NCBI GenBank assembly: GCA_001785195.1
Contig: MFTB01000014.1
Coordinates: forward strand, 1 to 61,338
DNA: 61,338 nucleotides
Direction: 5' to 3'
DNA from: Candidatus Muproteobacteria bacterium RIFCSPHIGHO2_12_FULL_60_33
GTDB taxonomy: Bacteria; Pseudomonadota; Gammaproteobacteria; Acidiferrobacterales; Sulfurifustaceae
Position numbers and translations under genes: made by a program. Below the pieces are notes generated by a model that searched no databases, was not told the origin of the DNA, and saw only the letters and a list, made by a program, of their open reading frames with translations. This document shows positions 43,152-53,768 of the stretch, piece by piece; position 1 is the stretch's first letter; each line of letters opens with the position of its first letter.

Positions 43152-44519
43152 TTAGCGGCTCCTCCCGTTCTCGCTGGGGGCCGGAGGTTTTTTCGTGATG
43201 CCAGCGACGATCTGCTCCATGCGCATCATGCGCGACCCCTTGACCAGCACCGTCATGTCCGCGTGCAGGCAGTCCTGGAGGGCCTCGATCAGGGCCTCGT
43301 GGCTCTCGAAATGACGCGCACCCTTGCCGAAGGCGCCCACGGCGATGCGGGATAACTCGCCGATGGCGAACAGACGCTGGATACCGAGGCGGACGGCCAG
43401 CTCACCGACGCGGAAGTGAATGTCGGCGGCGGACGAGCCGAGTTCGCCCATGTCGCCGAACACCAGCACGCGCTCGCCGGCAAATTCCTTGAGCACCTGC
43501 AAGCCCGCCGCGACCGAGGTGGGATTGGCGTTATACGTGTCGTCAATGATGCGCGCGCCGCTGATGCCCTTTTTTACTTCAAGACGGCCGGGAACGGTCT
43601 TGAGTTTTTCGAGTCCGGTTTTGACCTGCTCGAGCGAGGCGCCGGCTGCCATCGCCGCGCCCGCGCCCGCCAGGGTATTCAAGACATTGTGTCTGCCCAA
43701 CAGGGGTGCGCGCATGTCGATGTCTCCATGAGTGGTGGTTTTCAGATGAATAAGGCTGCCGCTGTCGGTGAGCCGGTATTCCGCGCTCACGTCCGCGTCG
43801 TGATCCAGTCCGAAAGTCAGGCACTTGCGCCTGGCGGCCAGCGTCTTCCAGAGAGGAAAATATTCGTCATCGGCATTGAGCACGGCCGTGCCCACCGTTC
43901 TCAGGCCGGTGAAAATCTCGCCCTTGGCGCGCGCCACGCCCTCGACCGTGCCCACCCCCGCCAGATGCGCCTCGCCGGCGTTGGTGATGAGCGCCACCGT
44001 CGGCCGCGTCAGACGCGAGAGGTACTCGATCTCGCCGAAATGATTCATGCCCATTTCGATCACGGCATAGCGGTCGCTGGCGCGCATCCGCGTGAGCGTC
44101 AGCGGCACGCCGATGTCGTTGTTGAGATTCCCGCGTGTCACACAGCCGGGACCGGTCTCACCCAATATCGCGCCGATCATTTCCTTGACCGTGGTCTTGC
44201 CGTTGCTGCCGGTGATGGCAATGACCGGTATCTGGAACTGGTCGCGCCAGAACGCCCCCAGATTCCCAAGCGCCAGCCGCGTGTTCGGCACGCGCACATA
44301 AGGCAGCGGTGTTTCCATGTCGCGCGCCAGCAGCGCTCCCGCCGCGCCCGCGCTGATGGCCTCGGCCAGGAAGTTGTGTCCGTCGAAGCGTTCGCCCTTG
44401 ATCGCGACATACAGATCGCCGGGCTGCAAGCCGCGTGTGTCGTGGCACACACCCGTGAAAACGGCGTCCGGCCCCTGGTGCGGGCATTTCAGAACATCGG
44501 CGAGAATCGAGAGAGACAT
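43152..44519 (-). CDS. murF: UDP-MurNAc-tripeptide--D-Ala-D-Ala ligase
   Basis: GSNGKTTVKEM, NNDIGVP, DDTYNANP, LVKGSR. Confidence 0.97.
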   Translation of the reverse strand: MSLSILADVLKCPHQGPDAVFTGVCHDTRGLQPGDLYVAIKGERFDGHNFLAEAISAGAAGALLARDMETPLPYVRVPNTRLALGNLGAFWRDQFQIPVIAITGSNGKTTVKEMIGAILGETGPGCVTRGNLNNDIGVPLTLTRMRASDRYAVIEMGMNHFGEIEYLSRLTRPTVALITNAGEAHLAGVGTVEGVARAKGEIFTGLRTVGTAVLNADDEYFPLWKTLAARRKCLTFGLDHDADVSAEYRLTDSGSLIHLKTTTHGDIDMRAPLLGRHNVLNTLAGAGAAMAAGASLEQVKTGLEKLKTVPGRLEVKKGISGARIIDDTYNANPTSVAAGLQVLKEFAGERVLVFGDMGELGSSAADIHFRVGELAVRLGIQRLFAIGELSRIAVGAFGKGARHFESHEALIEALQDCLHADMTVLVKGSRMMRMEQIVAGITKKPPAPSENGRSR

Positions 44520-44635
44520 CACGCCTCCGCCTCCGAAAAACCGCGGAAATCCGACACGCCGACTTGTCGGCGTCTGGCGGCATTCGCTACGGTTGCATCC
44601 CCACGCTTCGCGCGGGGCCCCTGCGCCCTGCTCAT
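44519..44635 (-). repeat. 117-bp intergenic element carrying a 38-aa bridge ORF (copy 2)
   Basis: Core 44565-44624 aligns with 6955-7013. The ATG overlaps the murE TGA and the TGA overlaps the murF start. Confidence 0.8.
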
Positions 44636-46101
44636 GCCGCCCCCTCCATTAGCTGTCTTACCGCTTCCCGGTCGCTGTAAGGCCGGCGTTCATCGCCGAC
44701 CTGCTGGTAATCCTCGTGCCCCTTGCCGGCGATGAGCACGATGTCGCCTGCGGCGGCACTCTGGATGGCTGCCTTGATGGCGGCGCGGCGGTCACGGATG
44801 ATCCGCGGCGAGGCGCGCATGCCGCCGGCAATCTCCGCGATAATGGCATCGCCCGATTCATGGCGCGGATTGTCATCGGTCAGCAATACCATGTCCGCCA
44901 GCCGCTCGGCGATCTCGCCCATCACCGGACGCTTGCCGCGGTCACGATCACCGCCGCAACCGAAGACACACCAGAGTTTTCCACGCGTATGTTCGCGCAG
45001 TGCGAGCAGGATTTTTTCCAGCGCATCCGGCGTGTGCGCATAATCCACCACCACCAGCGGCAGACCCTTGGCGCCACCGAAACGCTCGGCACGTCCGGAG
45101 GGGGCATGCGCCCGGGCCAGCCGCGCGGCGGCGTCGTTTAATTCCACCCCCAGGGCCAGCAGGGTCGTGAACACCGCCAGCAGGTTGTACACATTGAAGT
45201 GGCCAATCAGCGGGCTGCGCAGCTCGGTTTCGCCGTAAGGCGTCTGAATCCGCATCCACAACCCTTCGGGCGAAGGCCGCACCTCGCGCGCGCGCACGTC
45301 CCCGCCTTCAACGCCGTAGCTCAATGAAGTCACCGGCGCGCCGACACCGGCCAGCAGCCGGCGCCCGAAATCGTCGTCGTGATTGATCACGGCGTATTTC
45401 AATCCTTCATGCGCGAATAATTTGGCCTTGGCCAATCCATAGGCTGTCATGTCGCCGTGATAATCAAGGTGGTCGCGCGTCAGGTTGGTAAACACCGCGA
45501 CATGGAACAGCACGCCGTTTACCCGTCCCTGTTCGAGCGCGTGCGACGAGACTTCCATCGCCACGTGCGCCGCATCCTGGGCGATAAAGTCCGCCATCAG
45601 GCGCTGTACCGTCACGGCATCGGGCGTGGTGTGGATCGAGGCGTTGAGCGTGCCGGGGAATCCGCTGCCGAGCGTGCCGATCACGGCACAGCGCTTCGGT
45701 GGTTGATCAAGGGCCTGCGCGAGCAGTTGCGTGCAAGTTGTCTTGCCGTTGGTGCCAGTAACACCGACCACCACCAGCCGGCGCGAGGGCGAACCATAAA
45801 AGCGGTCCGCGATGAGGCCGATTTTCCGGCGCAGGCCGGATATACCAAACGCCGGCACCGGCGCTCCGCGCAAGGCATAACCGTCATCCGTTTCGTAGAC
45901 AACGGCACAGGCACCCGAAGCCACGGCATCGCCGATGAAATCGCGCCCGTCCGCCACCATGCCCGGTGCCGCCAGAAACAGATCACCCGGCTGCACGCGC
46001 CGGCTGTCCGTTTGCAGGCCGCGCACCTCGCGATTGGCCACGCCCGGCACACGTGCCATGCCTTCGAGCAATTCACGCAACTCAATCGTTTTGGGTGTCA
46101 T
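44632..46101 (-). CDS. murE: UDP-MurNAc-dipeptide--DAP ligase
   Basis: GTNGKTT, MEVSSH, DYAHTPD, DNPR, AGKGHE. Confidence 0.97.
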   Translation of the reverse strand: MTPKTIELRELLEGMARVPGVANREVRGLQTDSRRVQPGDLFLAAPGMVADGRDFIGDAVASGACAVVYETDDGYALRGAPVPAFGISGLRRKIGLIADRFYGSPSRRLVVVGVTGTNGKTTCTQLLAQALDQPPKRCAVIGTLGSGFPGTLNASIHTTPDAVTVQRLMADFIAQDAAHVAMEVSSHALEQGRVNGVLFHVAVFTNLTRDHLDYHGDMTAYGLAKAKLFAHEGLKYAVINHDDDFGRRLLAGVGAPVTSLSYGVEGGDVRAREVRPSPEGLWMRIQTPYGETELRSPLIGHFNVYNLLAVFTTLLALGVELNDAAARLARAHAPSGRAERFGGAKGLPLVVVDYAHTPDALEKILLALREHTRGKLWCVFGCGGDRDRGKRPVMGEIAERLADMVLLTDDNPRHESGDAIIAEIAGGMRASPRIIRDRRAAIKAAIQSAAAGDIVLIAGKGHEDYQQVGDERRPYSDREAVRQLMEGAA

Positions 46102-47813
46102 TCCGCCACCTGCCCGCTTTTCACCGTCATAAGGCGCGTTTCCTTGCGCGGCGCGTCGGGCGGAATATCGAGCAGCCGCAATGCGCCGGCCATCACGTGA
46201 CCGAAGACGGGGGCCGCCACTTCGCCACCGTAATAAGCGCCGCGCGCCGGCTCGTCCACCGTTATCACCATCACCAGGCGCGGCGAGTTGACAGGTGCGA
46301 ACCCGGCGAACCATGCGACGTATTTGTCCTCGGAATATCCGTCTGGCGTAAGCTTGCGCACCGTGCCGGTCTTGCCGGCCACGCGGTAATCCGCCACCTG
46401 CGCGGCTTTGCCAGTACCGGCATCGCTCACAGCCAGCTCCAGCATGGACTGAAGGCGGCGCGCAGTTTTGCTGGACATGATGTGCTCGCCCTGCGGTATG
46501 GTTTCCGAATGTTGTAGCGTCAGCGGCAGCGCCATTCCGTCATTCGCGAGAGCGAGATAGGCGCGCGCGAGTTGCAGCGGCGTGACGGAAATTCCGTAGC
46601 CAAAGGAAATGCTCGCCTGCTCGACCGGGACCCAGCTTGAGTAGGGATTGAGAAGTCCCGCCACTTCGCCCGGAAGTTGCACGCCGGTAGGTTGTCCGAA
46701 TCCGGCGTGGCGCAACATCTCCCACATGCTCTTCTTGTTCAGCGCCAGTGCAATTTTGGAAACGCCGACGTTGCTCGATTTCTCGATGACACCCGCGACT
46801 GTCAGCACACCATGGTTGTGAACATCGCGGAACGTGCGGTCACCGACTTGCAACACGCCCGGCGTGGTGTCGATGATGCTGCCGGGCGAATACTTTCCGC
46901 TCTCCAATGCGCACGCGATGGTGAAAGGCTTGAGAGTGGAACCCGGCTCGAAGAGATCCGTGACGGCGCGATTACGAAACATGCCGCTGCGCAGGCCGGC
47001 GCGGTTATTGGGATTGAAGTCCGGCTCGTTGACCAGCGCCAGCACCTCGCCGGTGCGCGCATCCAGCACGACGGCGCTGCCGGCGCGCGCGCCATGCTCG
47101 AAAACGGCCGCCTTGAGCTCGCGATAGGCGAGATACTGAATGCGCCGGTCAATGGAAAGCACCAGGTCCCGGCCCGGCTTGGGCAGCACCACGCTCTCGG
47201 CGACCTCCACGGCGTTGCCTTGCAGATCGCGCAACAGGCGCTTGGTGCCGGGCACGGCGCGCAACGAGGCGTCGTAAGCGAGCTCGACGCCCTCCTGACC
47301 CTGATCGTCGATATTGGTAAATCCGACCACGTGACCGGCAACGGAACCGAGCGGGTAGTAGCGGCGATATTCGCGCTGCAGCGCGACGCCGGGAATTTTG
47401 AGCGCCATCACGCGCTCGGAAAGCTCCGGCGGCACGTGCCGCTTGAGATACATGAACTCACGGCCCTCATGCCGGCGCAGAAGCTGCGTGAGTTCGCGCG
47501 GGCTCATCTCCAGCAGCGCCGCCAGCCGCGGCCATTTCCGGCGTTCCTCCGCGAGGGTCGGCGGATGTGCCCACACCGAATCCACCGGCGTGCTGACGGC
47601 GAGCGGCGAACCGTGACGGTCGAGGATCATGCCCCGGTGTGAGTTGTCCTTGACCAGGCGCGTATGGCGCTGATTGCCCTGGCTTTGCAGAAAATCGGAA
47701 TTGAGCACCTGCAGGTACACGGCGCGCGCCGCCAGCAGGACAAGCCCGCTCAGAAAAAACAGCAAAACAATGGCGTTGCGCACCGGATGGCGGGTTTTGG
47801 CGTGGCGGCTCAT
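46098..47813 (-). CDS. ftsI: Penicillin-binding protein 3
   Basis: EPGSTLKP, SSN and KTG motifs. Confidence 0.96.
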   Translation of the reverse strand: MSRHAKTRHPVRNAIVLLFFLSGLVLLAARAVYLQVLNSDFLQSQGNQRHTRLVKDNSHRGMILDRHGSPLAVSTPVDSVWAHPPTLAEERRKWPRLAALLEMSPRELTQLLRRHEGREFMYLKRHVPPELSERVMALKIPGVALQREYRRYYPLGSVAGHVVGFTNIDDQGQEGVELAYDASLRAVPGTKRLLRDLQGNAVEVAESVVLPKPGRDLVLSIDRRIQYLAYRELKAAVFEHGARAGSAVVLDARTGEVLALVNEPDFNPNNRAGLRSGMFRNRAVTDLFEPGSTLKPFTIACALESGKYSPGSIIDTTPGVLQVGDRTFRDVHNHGVLTVAGVIEKSSNVGVSKIALALNKKSMWEMLRHAGFGQPTGVQLPGEVAGLLNPYSSWVPVEQASISFGYGISVTPLQLARAYLALANDGMALPLTLQHSETIPQGEHIMSSKTARRLQSMLELAVSDAGTGKAAQVADYRVAGKTGTVRKLTPDGYSEDKYVAWFAGFAPVNSPRLVMVITVDEPARGAYYGGEVAAPVFGHVMAGALRLLDIPPDAPRKETRLMTVKSGQVAE

Positions 47814-48088
47814 AACGCGGAATCCGGCTTCACCCGCACGGCATGGATGTTCGCCGCGTCGGGTGTGTTCATGTCAAGGCGGCTGCGCGCCATGAGCTCG
47901 ATGCGACGGTGCTGCGACCACGCGCCTTCCTCGAGCAGCAGCTTTCCCCACTCGACATTCAGTGCGTCCCGCTCCGCCTGGTGCGTTTGCAGTTGCGCAA
48001 ACAGCTGGCGGCTTTCATGCCGTGTCTGCACCACAGCGATTGAAACCACGATCACTGTGGCAAACAAGAAGATCAGGCGCCTAGGCAT
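47810..48088 (-). CDS. ftsL: Cell division protein FtsL
   Basis: TM plus coiled coil (EWGKLLLEE), between rsmH and ftsI. Confidence 0.9.
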   Translation of the reverse strand: MPRRLIFLFATVIVVSIAVVQTRHESRQLFAQLQTHQAERDALNVEWGKLLLEEGAWSQHRRIELMARSRLDMNTPDAANIHAVRVKPDSAL

Positions 48089-49031
48089 GTATCCCATCCT
48101 CGGCTGTGCGCTCAGCCACACGCAGCACGGCGCTGCGGGCGCGCGGGTTGCGGCTTATTTCTGCCTCGCTGGCCCGGGTCGCCTTGCCGACGATTTTCAG
48201 GCGCGCGCGAAATTGATCATGGCGCACCGGCAGTTCAGGCGGCAGTTCCCGGCCTTTGGCTTCCACGCGCAGAAAATGCTTCACAACCCGGTCTTCGAGT
48301 GAATGAAAACTGATCACCGCCAATCGCCCACCGGCGGTCAGCGCTTTCACTGCTTGCGGGAGCGCCTCGGTCAATTCTTCGAGTTCACGGTTGATATGAA
48401 TGCGGATGGCCTGGAATGTGCGCGTGGCCGGATCCTTGCTCTTCTCGCGCGCAGGCACGGCGCGCGCGACGATCTCGGCCAGACGGCGCGTGGTGGCAAT
48501 GGGTTCGATGGAACGTTCACGCAGGATCGCACGTGCAATGCGTTTGGCGAACCGCTCCTCGCCGTAGTCGCGCAGGACGCGCACGATTTCATTTTCCTCC
48601 GCCCGGTTGATCCATTCCGCGGCGGATTCGCCGGCACGCGGGTCCATGCGCATGTCGAGCGGTCCTTCGGCACGAAAGCTGAAACCGCGAAGGGTATCCT
48701 CGATCTGGGGCGAAGAGACGCCGAGATCGAAAAGAATGCCATTGATGCCACCGGCAAGGCCCTGACTTTCAATCGCCTGTCCCAGCATCGAGTACGGTCC
48801 CTGGTGGATTTGCACGCGCGCGTCGTTGCCAAATCGACGGCGCGCGTCTTCGCAGGCGTGCGGATCCCGGTCAAACGCCAGCAGCCGTCCCCGCTCGCCG
48901 ATTTTTTTCAAAATTTCCTGCGCGTGCCCGCCTCGTCCATAAGTGGCATCCACATACACTCCGTCTTCCTTCACCTGTAGAGCCTGCAATGCCTCCTCCA
49001 GCAGTACCGGAACATGGTGATATCCATTCAC
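48081..49031 (-). CDS. rsmH: 16S rRNA m4C1402 methyltransferase
   Basis: HVPVLL, DLGVSSPQ, ISFHSLEDR, NPRARSA. Confidence 0.97.
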   Translation of the reverse strand: MNGYHHVPVLLEEALQALQVKEDGVYVDATYGRGGHAQEILKKIGERGRLLAFDRDPHACEDARRRFGNDARVQIHQGPYSMLGQAIESQGLAGGINGILFDLGVSSPQIEDTLRGFSFRAEGPLDMRMDPRAGESAAEWINRAEENEIVRVLRDYGEERFAKRIARAILRERSIEPIATTRRLAEIVARAVPAREKSKDPATRTFQAIRIHINRELEELTEALPQAVKALTAGGRLAVISFHSLEDRVVKHFLRVEAKGRELPPELPVRHDQFRARLKIVGKATRASEAEISRNPRARSAVLRVAERTAEDGIHA

Positions 49032-49040
49032 GCTTTCTTT

Positions 49041-49508
49041 CTAAAGCGAGAGCGATTCGAGATCGGGCGGCAGCTTGTCATCGCCTTCCTGGCCTTCGCC
49101 CTCGAGCCATTCGCTGCGACGCGCGTTCCATGTGCCGTCGTCCCAGATTTCGAATTTGTTTCCCTGGCCGATCAGCACGACTTCCTTGTTCAGCCCCGAG
49201 AATTCACGCAACGGCGGCGCCAGCAGAATGCGGCCGTTGCCATCCATTTCGCATTCGGTGGCGTGACCGACCAGCATGCGCTGCAACTTGCGCGTCTGCT
49301 TGTTGAAGCTCGAGAGCTTCATGATCTTGCGCTCGATCTCTTCCCACTCCGGCTGCGGATACAACAGCAGGCAGCGATCGCTATCGAGGGCATTGATGGT
49401 GAGTACCATCTGGCCGCTGCACGCGCGCGCCAGCTGATCGCGATAGCGCGTCGGGATGGCCATGCGGCCTTTGCTGTCGAGCGACAATGTGTTGACACCG
49501 CGAAACAT
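49041..49508 (-). CDS. mraZ: Transcriptional regulator MraZ
   Basis: MFRG..LDSKGR, MDGNGRILL, GQGNKFEIW. Confidence 0.97.
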   Translation of the reverse strand: MFRGVNTLSLDSKGRMAIPTRYRDQLARACSGQMVLTINALDSDRCLLLYPQPEWEEIERKIMKLSSFNKQTRKLQRMLVGHATECEMDGNGRILLAPPLREFSGLNKEVVLIGQGNKFEIWDDGTWNARRSEWLEGEGQEGDDKLPPDLESLSL

Positions 49509-49514
49509 TTTCCC

Positions 49515-49568
49515 CCGCTATTTCCCGCTTCAGTCCACAAAAAACCACATTTATCCACTTAGTGACAC
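49515..49568 (-). promoter_or_regulatory. MraZ-binding direct repeats
   Basis: GTGT/GTGG/GTGG/GTGG/GCGG/GCGG boxes at exact 10-nt spacing just upstream of mraZ. Confidence 0.75.
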
Positions 49569-49786
49569 TATAGATAGCGGTGCTAAGCAGTGTCAAGACA
49601 AAACTGTCTTTTTTTAAAGATTTCTTCTTTGCAGGACAGTGAGTTAGTAACAAAAGATGAATCTTTAAGGGATGAATGAACAACGGCATGCTTTTAGGAG
49701 CAAATGCGATAGCATTTGTCGGTGAAAGTGAGACTAAAAACTATAGGAAAAACAAAAAATTAAATGACCAACTTAATGTAAAAAAA

Positions 49787-50155
49787 GGAGTTGGCCGGTA
49801 AGCCGGGTTCTGTCGTGGACAGCCATTCATCTGGGACGCCTGTCGCCAAGCGCCTCATGCGGCCTACCCGGGAACAGTGCGGGCAGCACTATCGTTCCCC
49901 TATTTGGCCTTACTCCGGGTGGGGCTTGCCCTGCCACGGGATGTTGCCACCCGCGCGGTGCGCTCTTACCGCACCATTTCACCCTTACCGGTCACCTGAA
50001 ATGAATCAGGAAGACTTAGGCGGTATATTTTCTGTGGCGCTTTCCATCGGCTCGCGCCGCCCAGGTGTTACCTGGCACCCTGCCCTGCGGAGCCCGGACT
50101 TTCCTCCCCTCGGCCACGGCGAACGTGGCCGGGAAGCGGCTGTCTGGCCAACTCC
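49787..50155 (-). ncRNA. rnpB: RNase P RNA, class A
   Basis: P1 GGAGTTGGCC/GGCCAACTCC, GAGGAAAGTCCGGGCTCC, GACAGAACCCGGCTTA, then a U-tract. Confidence 0.97.
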
Positions 50156-50374
50156 AGTGACTATTATACCAGTCTACCAGTCGTTGCCGGTTAGTTTCTG
50201 GAAACCTCAAGCCTGTGCTGGTTTGACATTAAATCCGATGGATATTCGGAGGCGGTTGGATTCATTGCGCGTGACCTCGTGCCACGTATCCTGCGTGAAG
50301 AATACAAACTTTCCCGCCCAATGGACGCGCCACATTTCCGGCATTCGGGAATTTCATGAATACCCGCGGGGGCA

Positions 50375-50761
50375 TTATTTTCCGGGTTTTTTGTCAGGAG
50401 TGAAAAGATCACTGAACTTATCCCGCGCTGTCTCCACCTTGCCGCCGGAGGTCTGAGCGCTGCCGAACAGGTCATCGAGTCCGGCCTTGGCAGCCTGTGT
50501 CTTTCCCTCGCCGCGCGGGCGGTGCGCATCGGGACGGGGCTTGAACCAGTCGCAGAAATTCGCCCCTTCTTTGTCGCGCACCTCTTCGGCACGCTCCTCG
50601 TCGCATTGGCTTGTCAATCGTGGATTGTAGAACTGACACAGGCGACAGCTGTGCAAATAGGCACGGCACTTTGGGCACTCCGCGAGACGACTCAAAGGCA
50701 TGGGCAGCACGGCCAATGATGTGCCGCATTTCCAGCAAACCAGATCCGTCGCAAATTGCAT
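50375..50761 (-). CDS. Cys-rich hypothetical protein (putative zinc binding)
   Basis: CWKC, CPKC, CRLC, C...CDWF; start uncertain. Confidence 0.7.
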   Translation of the reverse strand: MQFATDLVCWKCGTSLAVLPMPLSRLAECPKCRAYLHSCRLCQFYNPRLTSQCDEERAEEVRDKEGANFCDWFKPRPDAHRPRGEGKTQAAKAGLDDLFGSAQTSGGKVETARDKFSDLFTPDKKPGK

Positions 50762-50764
50762 TAA

Positions 50765-51553
50765 TTATTTGAACACAAGCTGCAGGAACGATTGCAGTTC
50801 TGACCACGATGCCTGATCGGCCTTGGCATCATAGGCGAGCGGTAATTTGAACTTGACACCATTGGCATCCGCGTCCGGATTGGTGAAGCTGTGCTTGGCT
50901 CCCGGATAGTTCACGAACTTGTAATTCACCTTGGCGCCCTCCATTTCCTTTTTGAAGGCCGCGATCTGCTCCACCGGCACGAAGGGATCTTCCGCCCCAT
51001 TCAGCACCAGCACCCTGGCTTTGACCTTGCCGGGTGGGGCCGGATGTTCGGTCGTGAGCCCTCCATGAAAGCTCGCCACGCCACGCAGGCTCTCACCCGC
51101 GCGCGCCATTTCAAGCACAACACTGCCGCCGAAACAGTAACCGATCGCGGCCAAGCGCTTGACGTCGACACGCGATTGATTGCGGAGCAGCTTCATGCCC
51201 GCTTCGAAGCGCGATTTCATGAGCGGCAGATTCTGGCGCACCTCGCCGGAAAATTTTCCGGCATGTTCAGGATGATCCGCCTGCTTGCCACCGCCGTACA
51301 TGTCGAGGGCCAGCGCCACGTAGCCGGCTTCCGCGAGTTTGCGGGCGCTGTTGCGCGCATGCCGGTCATGGCCCCACCATTCATGCGCCACCAGCACCCC
51401 GGGACGACGCTCCTTCGTGGCATCGTCATAAACCAGATAGCCTTTGAGCACGGTGTCGCCGGCCTTGTATTCGACCGGCTCCCCTTTGATCGCAGCCTGG
51501 GCCACAACGATTCCGCTAAATGCCAGTACAATAAATAACACCCATCTCCGCAT
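50765..51553 (-). CDS. Dienelactone hydrolase family protein, exported
   Basis: Signal peptide, HEWWG, GYCFGG, HSFTNP. Confidence 0.9.
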   Translation of the reverse strand: MRRWVLFIVLAFSGIVVAQAAIKGEPVEYKAGDTVLKGYLVYDDATKERRPGVLVAHEWWGHDRHARNSARKLAEAGYVALALDMYGGGKQADHPEHAGKFSGEVRQNLPLMKSRFEAGMKLLRNQSRVDVKRLAAIGYCFGGSVVLEMARAGESLRGVASFHGGLTTEHPAPPGKVKARVLVLNGAEDPFVPVEQIAAFKKEMEGAKVNYKFVNYPGAKHSFTNPDADANGVKFKLPLAYDAKADQASWSELQSFLQLVFK

Positions 51554-51743
51554 GACTGATCTCCTAGTCTATTGGCTGCTCGGTGCCCGCACGACCATAT
51601 CGCAGGGATAACGGCGGGCATTACAATCAGCCTAATGCCGCAACGGCTTGCCAGTCAAACGCCTCAACCGAAGCGAGCTGAATGTCCAAACGCCCTGTAA
51701 TCATTCATGTCTAAGAGCAACCGGGAATTATTGCTTCTCCGCC

Positions 51744-52841
51744 ATGTCCATTGAACAAGACGTTGCCGGGGAATTCATTCTGGGCGGACAAGCCAGCACT
51801 ATCCATCCGCATGGGCAGGGACTGATCAATGATACATATGTGGTGACCACCGATACTGGCCGTCAGGCAATTCTCCAGCGCATTAATCGTCACGTCTTCC
51901 CCCACCCCGAGCACATCATGGAGAACCTGCGCGTGCTCACCGAGCACGTTCGCCGTGGCATCGTTACCGGCAACACCGCAGGCAGAAAGCTGCGCCTGCC
52001 CGAAATATTGAAAACTCGCCATGGCAAGGACTTTGCCATCGATACCGAGGGCGGGTTCTGGCGCGCACAGGAGTTTATCGGGCATACGTGCACGCTCGAG
52101 GGCATCAGCGATATCGCGCAGGCCGAAGAAGTCGGGTTTGCCCTGGGCCGCTTCCACGCCCTGATCCACGATCTCGATCCCGCGCGGCTGCATCAGACTC
52201 TGCCCGGTTTTCACGATGCACCGGGTTATTTTGCGCGTTTTCTGCGGGCCTCGGCCCAGCCGCGCCAGACTGGCGCGAGCCGCGAGTTGCTCCACGGCCT
52301 GTCATTCGTGGAAAGCCGCTGGAGTCTCACGCGCGTCCTGGAGCAGGCTCGACGCGAAGGAAAACTGGCGACAAGGCCCATCCACGGCGACACCAAACTC
52401 AACAATTTTCTTTTCGATACCCAGACCGGCAAGGCGGTAAGCCTGATCGATCTCGATACCGTGCAACCGGGGCTGATTCATTATGACATCGGCGACTGCC
52501 TGCGCTCGTGCGCCAATCGCGCCGGTGAATCGCCCGGGGACATCGCTTCCGTACACTTCGATCTCGATATCGGCCGCGCGATATTAAAACGGTACCTCAC
52601 TGAAACCCGGGGATTCCTCACGCGATTCGACCATGACTATATATATGATGCGATCCGCCTCATCCCCTTCGAGCTGGGCATGCGCTTTCTTACCGACCAT
52701 CTGGAAGCGGATCATTACTTCAAGACCGAGTGGGCCGGGCAAAACCTGCACCGGGCGCTGGTGCAGTTCCGGCTGACGGCCAGCATCGAAGCTAACGAAC
52801 GATCCCTGAAGATGCTGATTGCCGATCTCACCGCTGTTTAG
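51744..52841 (+). CDS. Aminoglycoside-phosphotransferase family kinase (N-acetylhexosamine kinase-like)
   Basis: GLINDT, ILQRIN, IHGDTKLNNFL, IDLDTV, RFLTDHL. Confidence 0.85.
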   Translation: MSIEQDVAGEFILGGQASTIHPHGQGLINDTYVVTTDTGRQAILQRINRHVFPHPEHIMENLRVLTEHVRRGIVTGNTAGRKLRLPEILKTRHGKDFAIDTEGGFWRAQEFIGHTCTLEGISDIAQAEEVGFALGRFHALIHDLDPARLHQTLPGFHDAPGYFARFLRASAQPRQTGASRELLHGLSFVESRWSLTRVLEQARREGKLATRPIHGDTKLNNFLFDTQTGKAVSLIDLDTVQPGLIHYDIGDCLRSCANRAGESPGDIASVHFDLDIGRAILKRYLTETRGFLTRFDHDYIYDAIRLIPFELGMRFLTDHLEADHYFKTEWAGQNLHRALVQFRLTASIEANERSLKMLIADLTAV

Positions 52842-52996
52842 CAGCGATTCCAGCAGGCAATTGCGTCTGCGCTTAACTTTCAGGTTGATCTGAACTGCAA
52901 CTAAAGGGCAAAATGCGCCCCTTCGCGGCCGGGTAGTCAGGGCCGCAACCGGATTTCAGGTTTTATATCGATTCAAAATTAAGAGAGGAAAAATCC

Positions 52997-53644
52997 ATGA
53001 AGTTGATACTGTTGGGCGCCCCGGGGGCGGGCAAGGGCACGGTCGCGAAACAGCTCACGCAGCTGGACGGCGCGGTGCAGATTTCCACCGGTGACATCCT
53101 GCGCGGCGCGGTGCAGGCCGGTTCCGACCTCGGCAAACAGGCCAAGGCCTTCATGGACCGCGGCGACCTCGTCCCGGATGAACTGATCATGGGCATCATG
53201 GAAAAGCGGTTGCAGGAACCCGACTGCAAGAAGGGTTTTCTGCTCGACGGTTTTCCGCGCACCATTCCCCAGGCCGAGGCCCTGAAAAAACTGCTGGTGA
53301 ATATCGGCATCCAGCTCGACATGGCGGTCAACATAGACGTGCCACGCAACGTCATCCTCGACCGCCTCACGACTCGCCGTACCTGCTCGAATACCAAGTG
53401 CCAGGCGATTTATAACGTCAAAAGCATGCCGCCGAAGAAGGCAGGCATCTGCGACAAGTGCGGCAGTCCCGTGGTCCAACGCGAGGATGAGACCGAGGCG
53501 GCCATCAGCCACCGGCTCGATACTTATAGTAAGAAAACCGCCCCGCTCATCGGTTTCTATGAAAAAGAAGGCGTGCTGCTGACGGTCAGCGCCACCTCGA
53601 GCGAGGCCGTGATCGACGCCATCAAGAAGAAGCTCGGCGAGTAA
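52997..53644 (+). CDS. adk: Adenylate kinase with zinc-type LID
   Basis: GAPGAGKG, STGDILR, LDGFPRT; LID CSNTKC...CDKC. Confidence 0.96.
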   Translation: MKLILLGAPGAGKGTVAKQLTQLDGAVQISTGDILRGAVQAGSDLGKQAKAFMDRGDLVPDELIMGIMEKRLQEPDCKKGFLLDGFPRTIPQAEALKKLLVNIGIQLDMAVNIDVPRNVILDRLTTRRTCSNTKCQAIYNVKSMPPKKAGICDKCGSPVVQREDETEAAISHRLDTYSKKTAPLIGFYEKEGVLLTVSATSSEAVIDAIKKKLGE

Positions 53645-53768
53645 ACGCTGAAAACGAAAGGGCCGGTGTGTCGAGCTGTCTGGCCAAAACCGGCTTTACA
53701 GCCAAAACACTCCGCGTTTAATCCATAATTTTTGGTCTTGGGATTTTAAGTTCTTGCTGGAGGCAATC

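Noticed and set aside
49791-50456. 221-aa ORF
   Set aside because: Antisense to rnpB.
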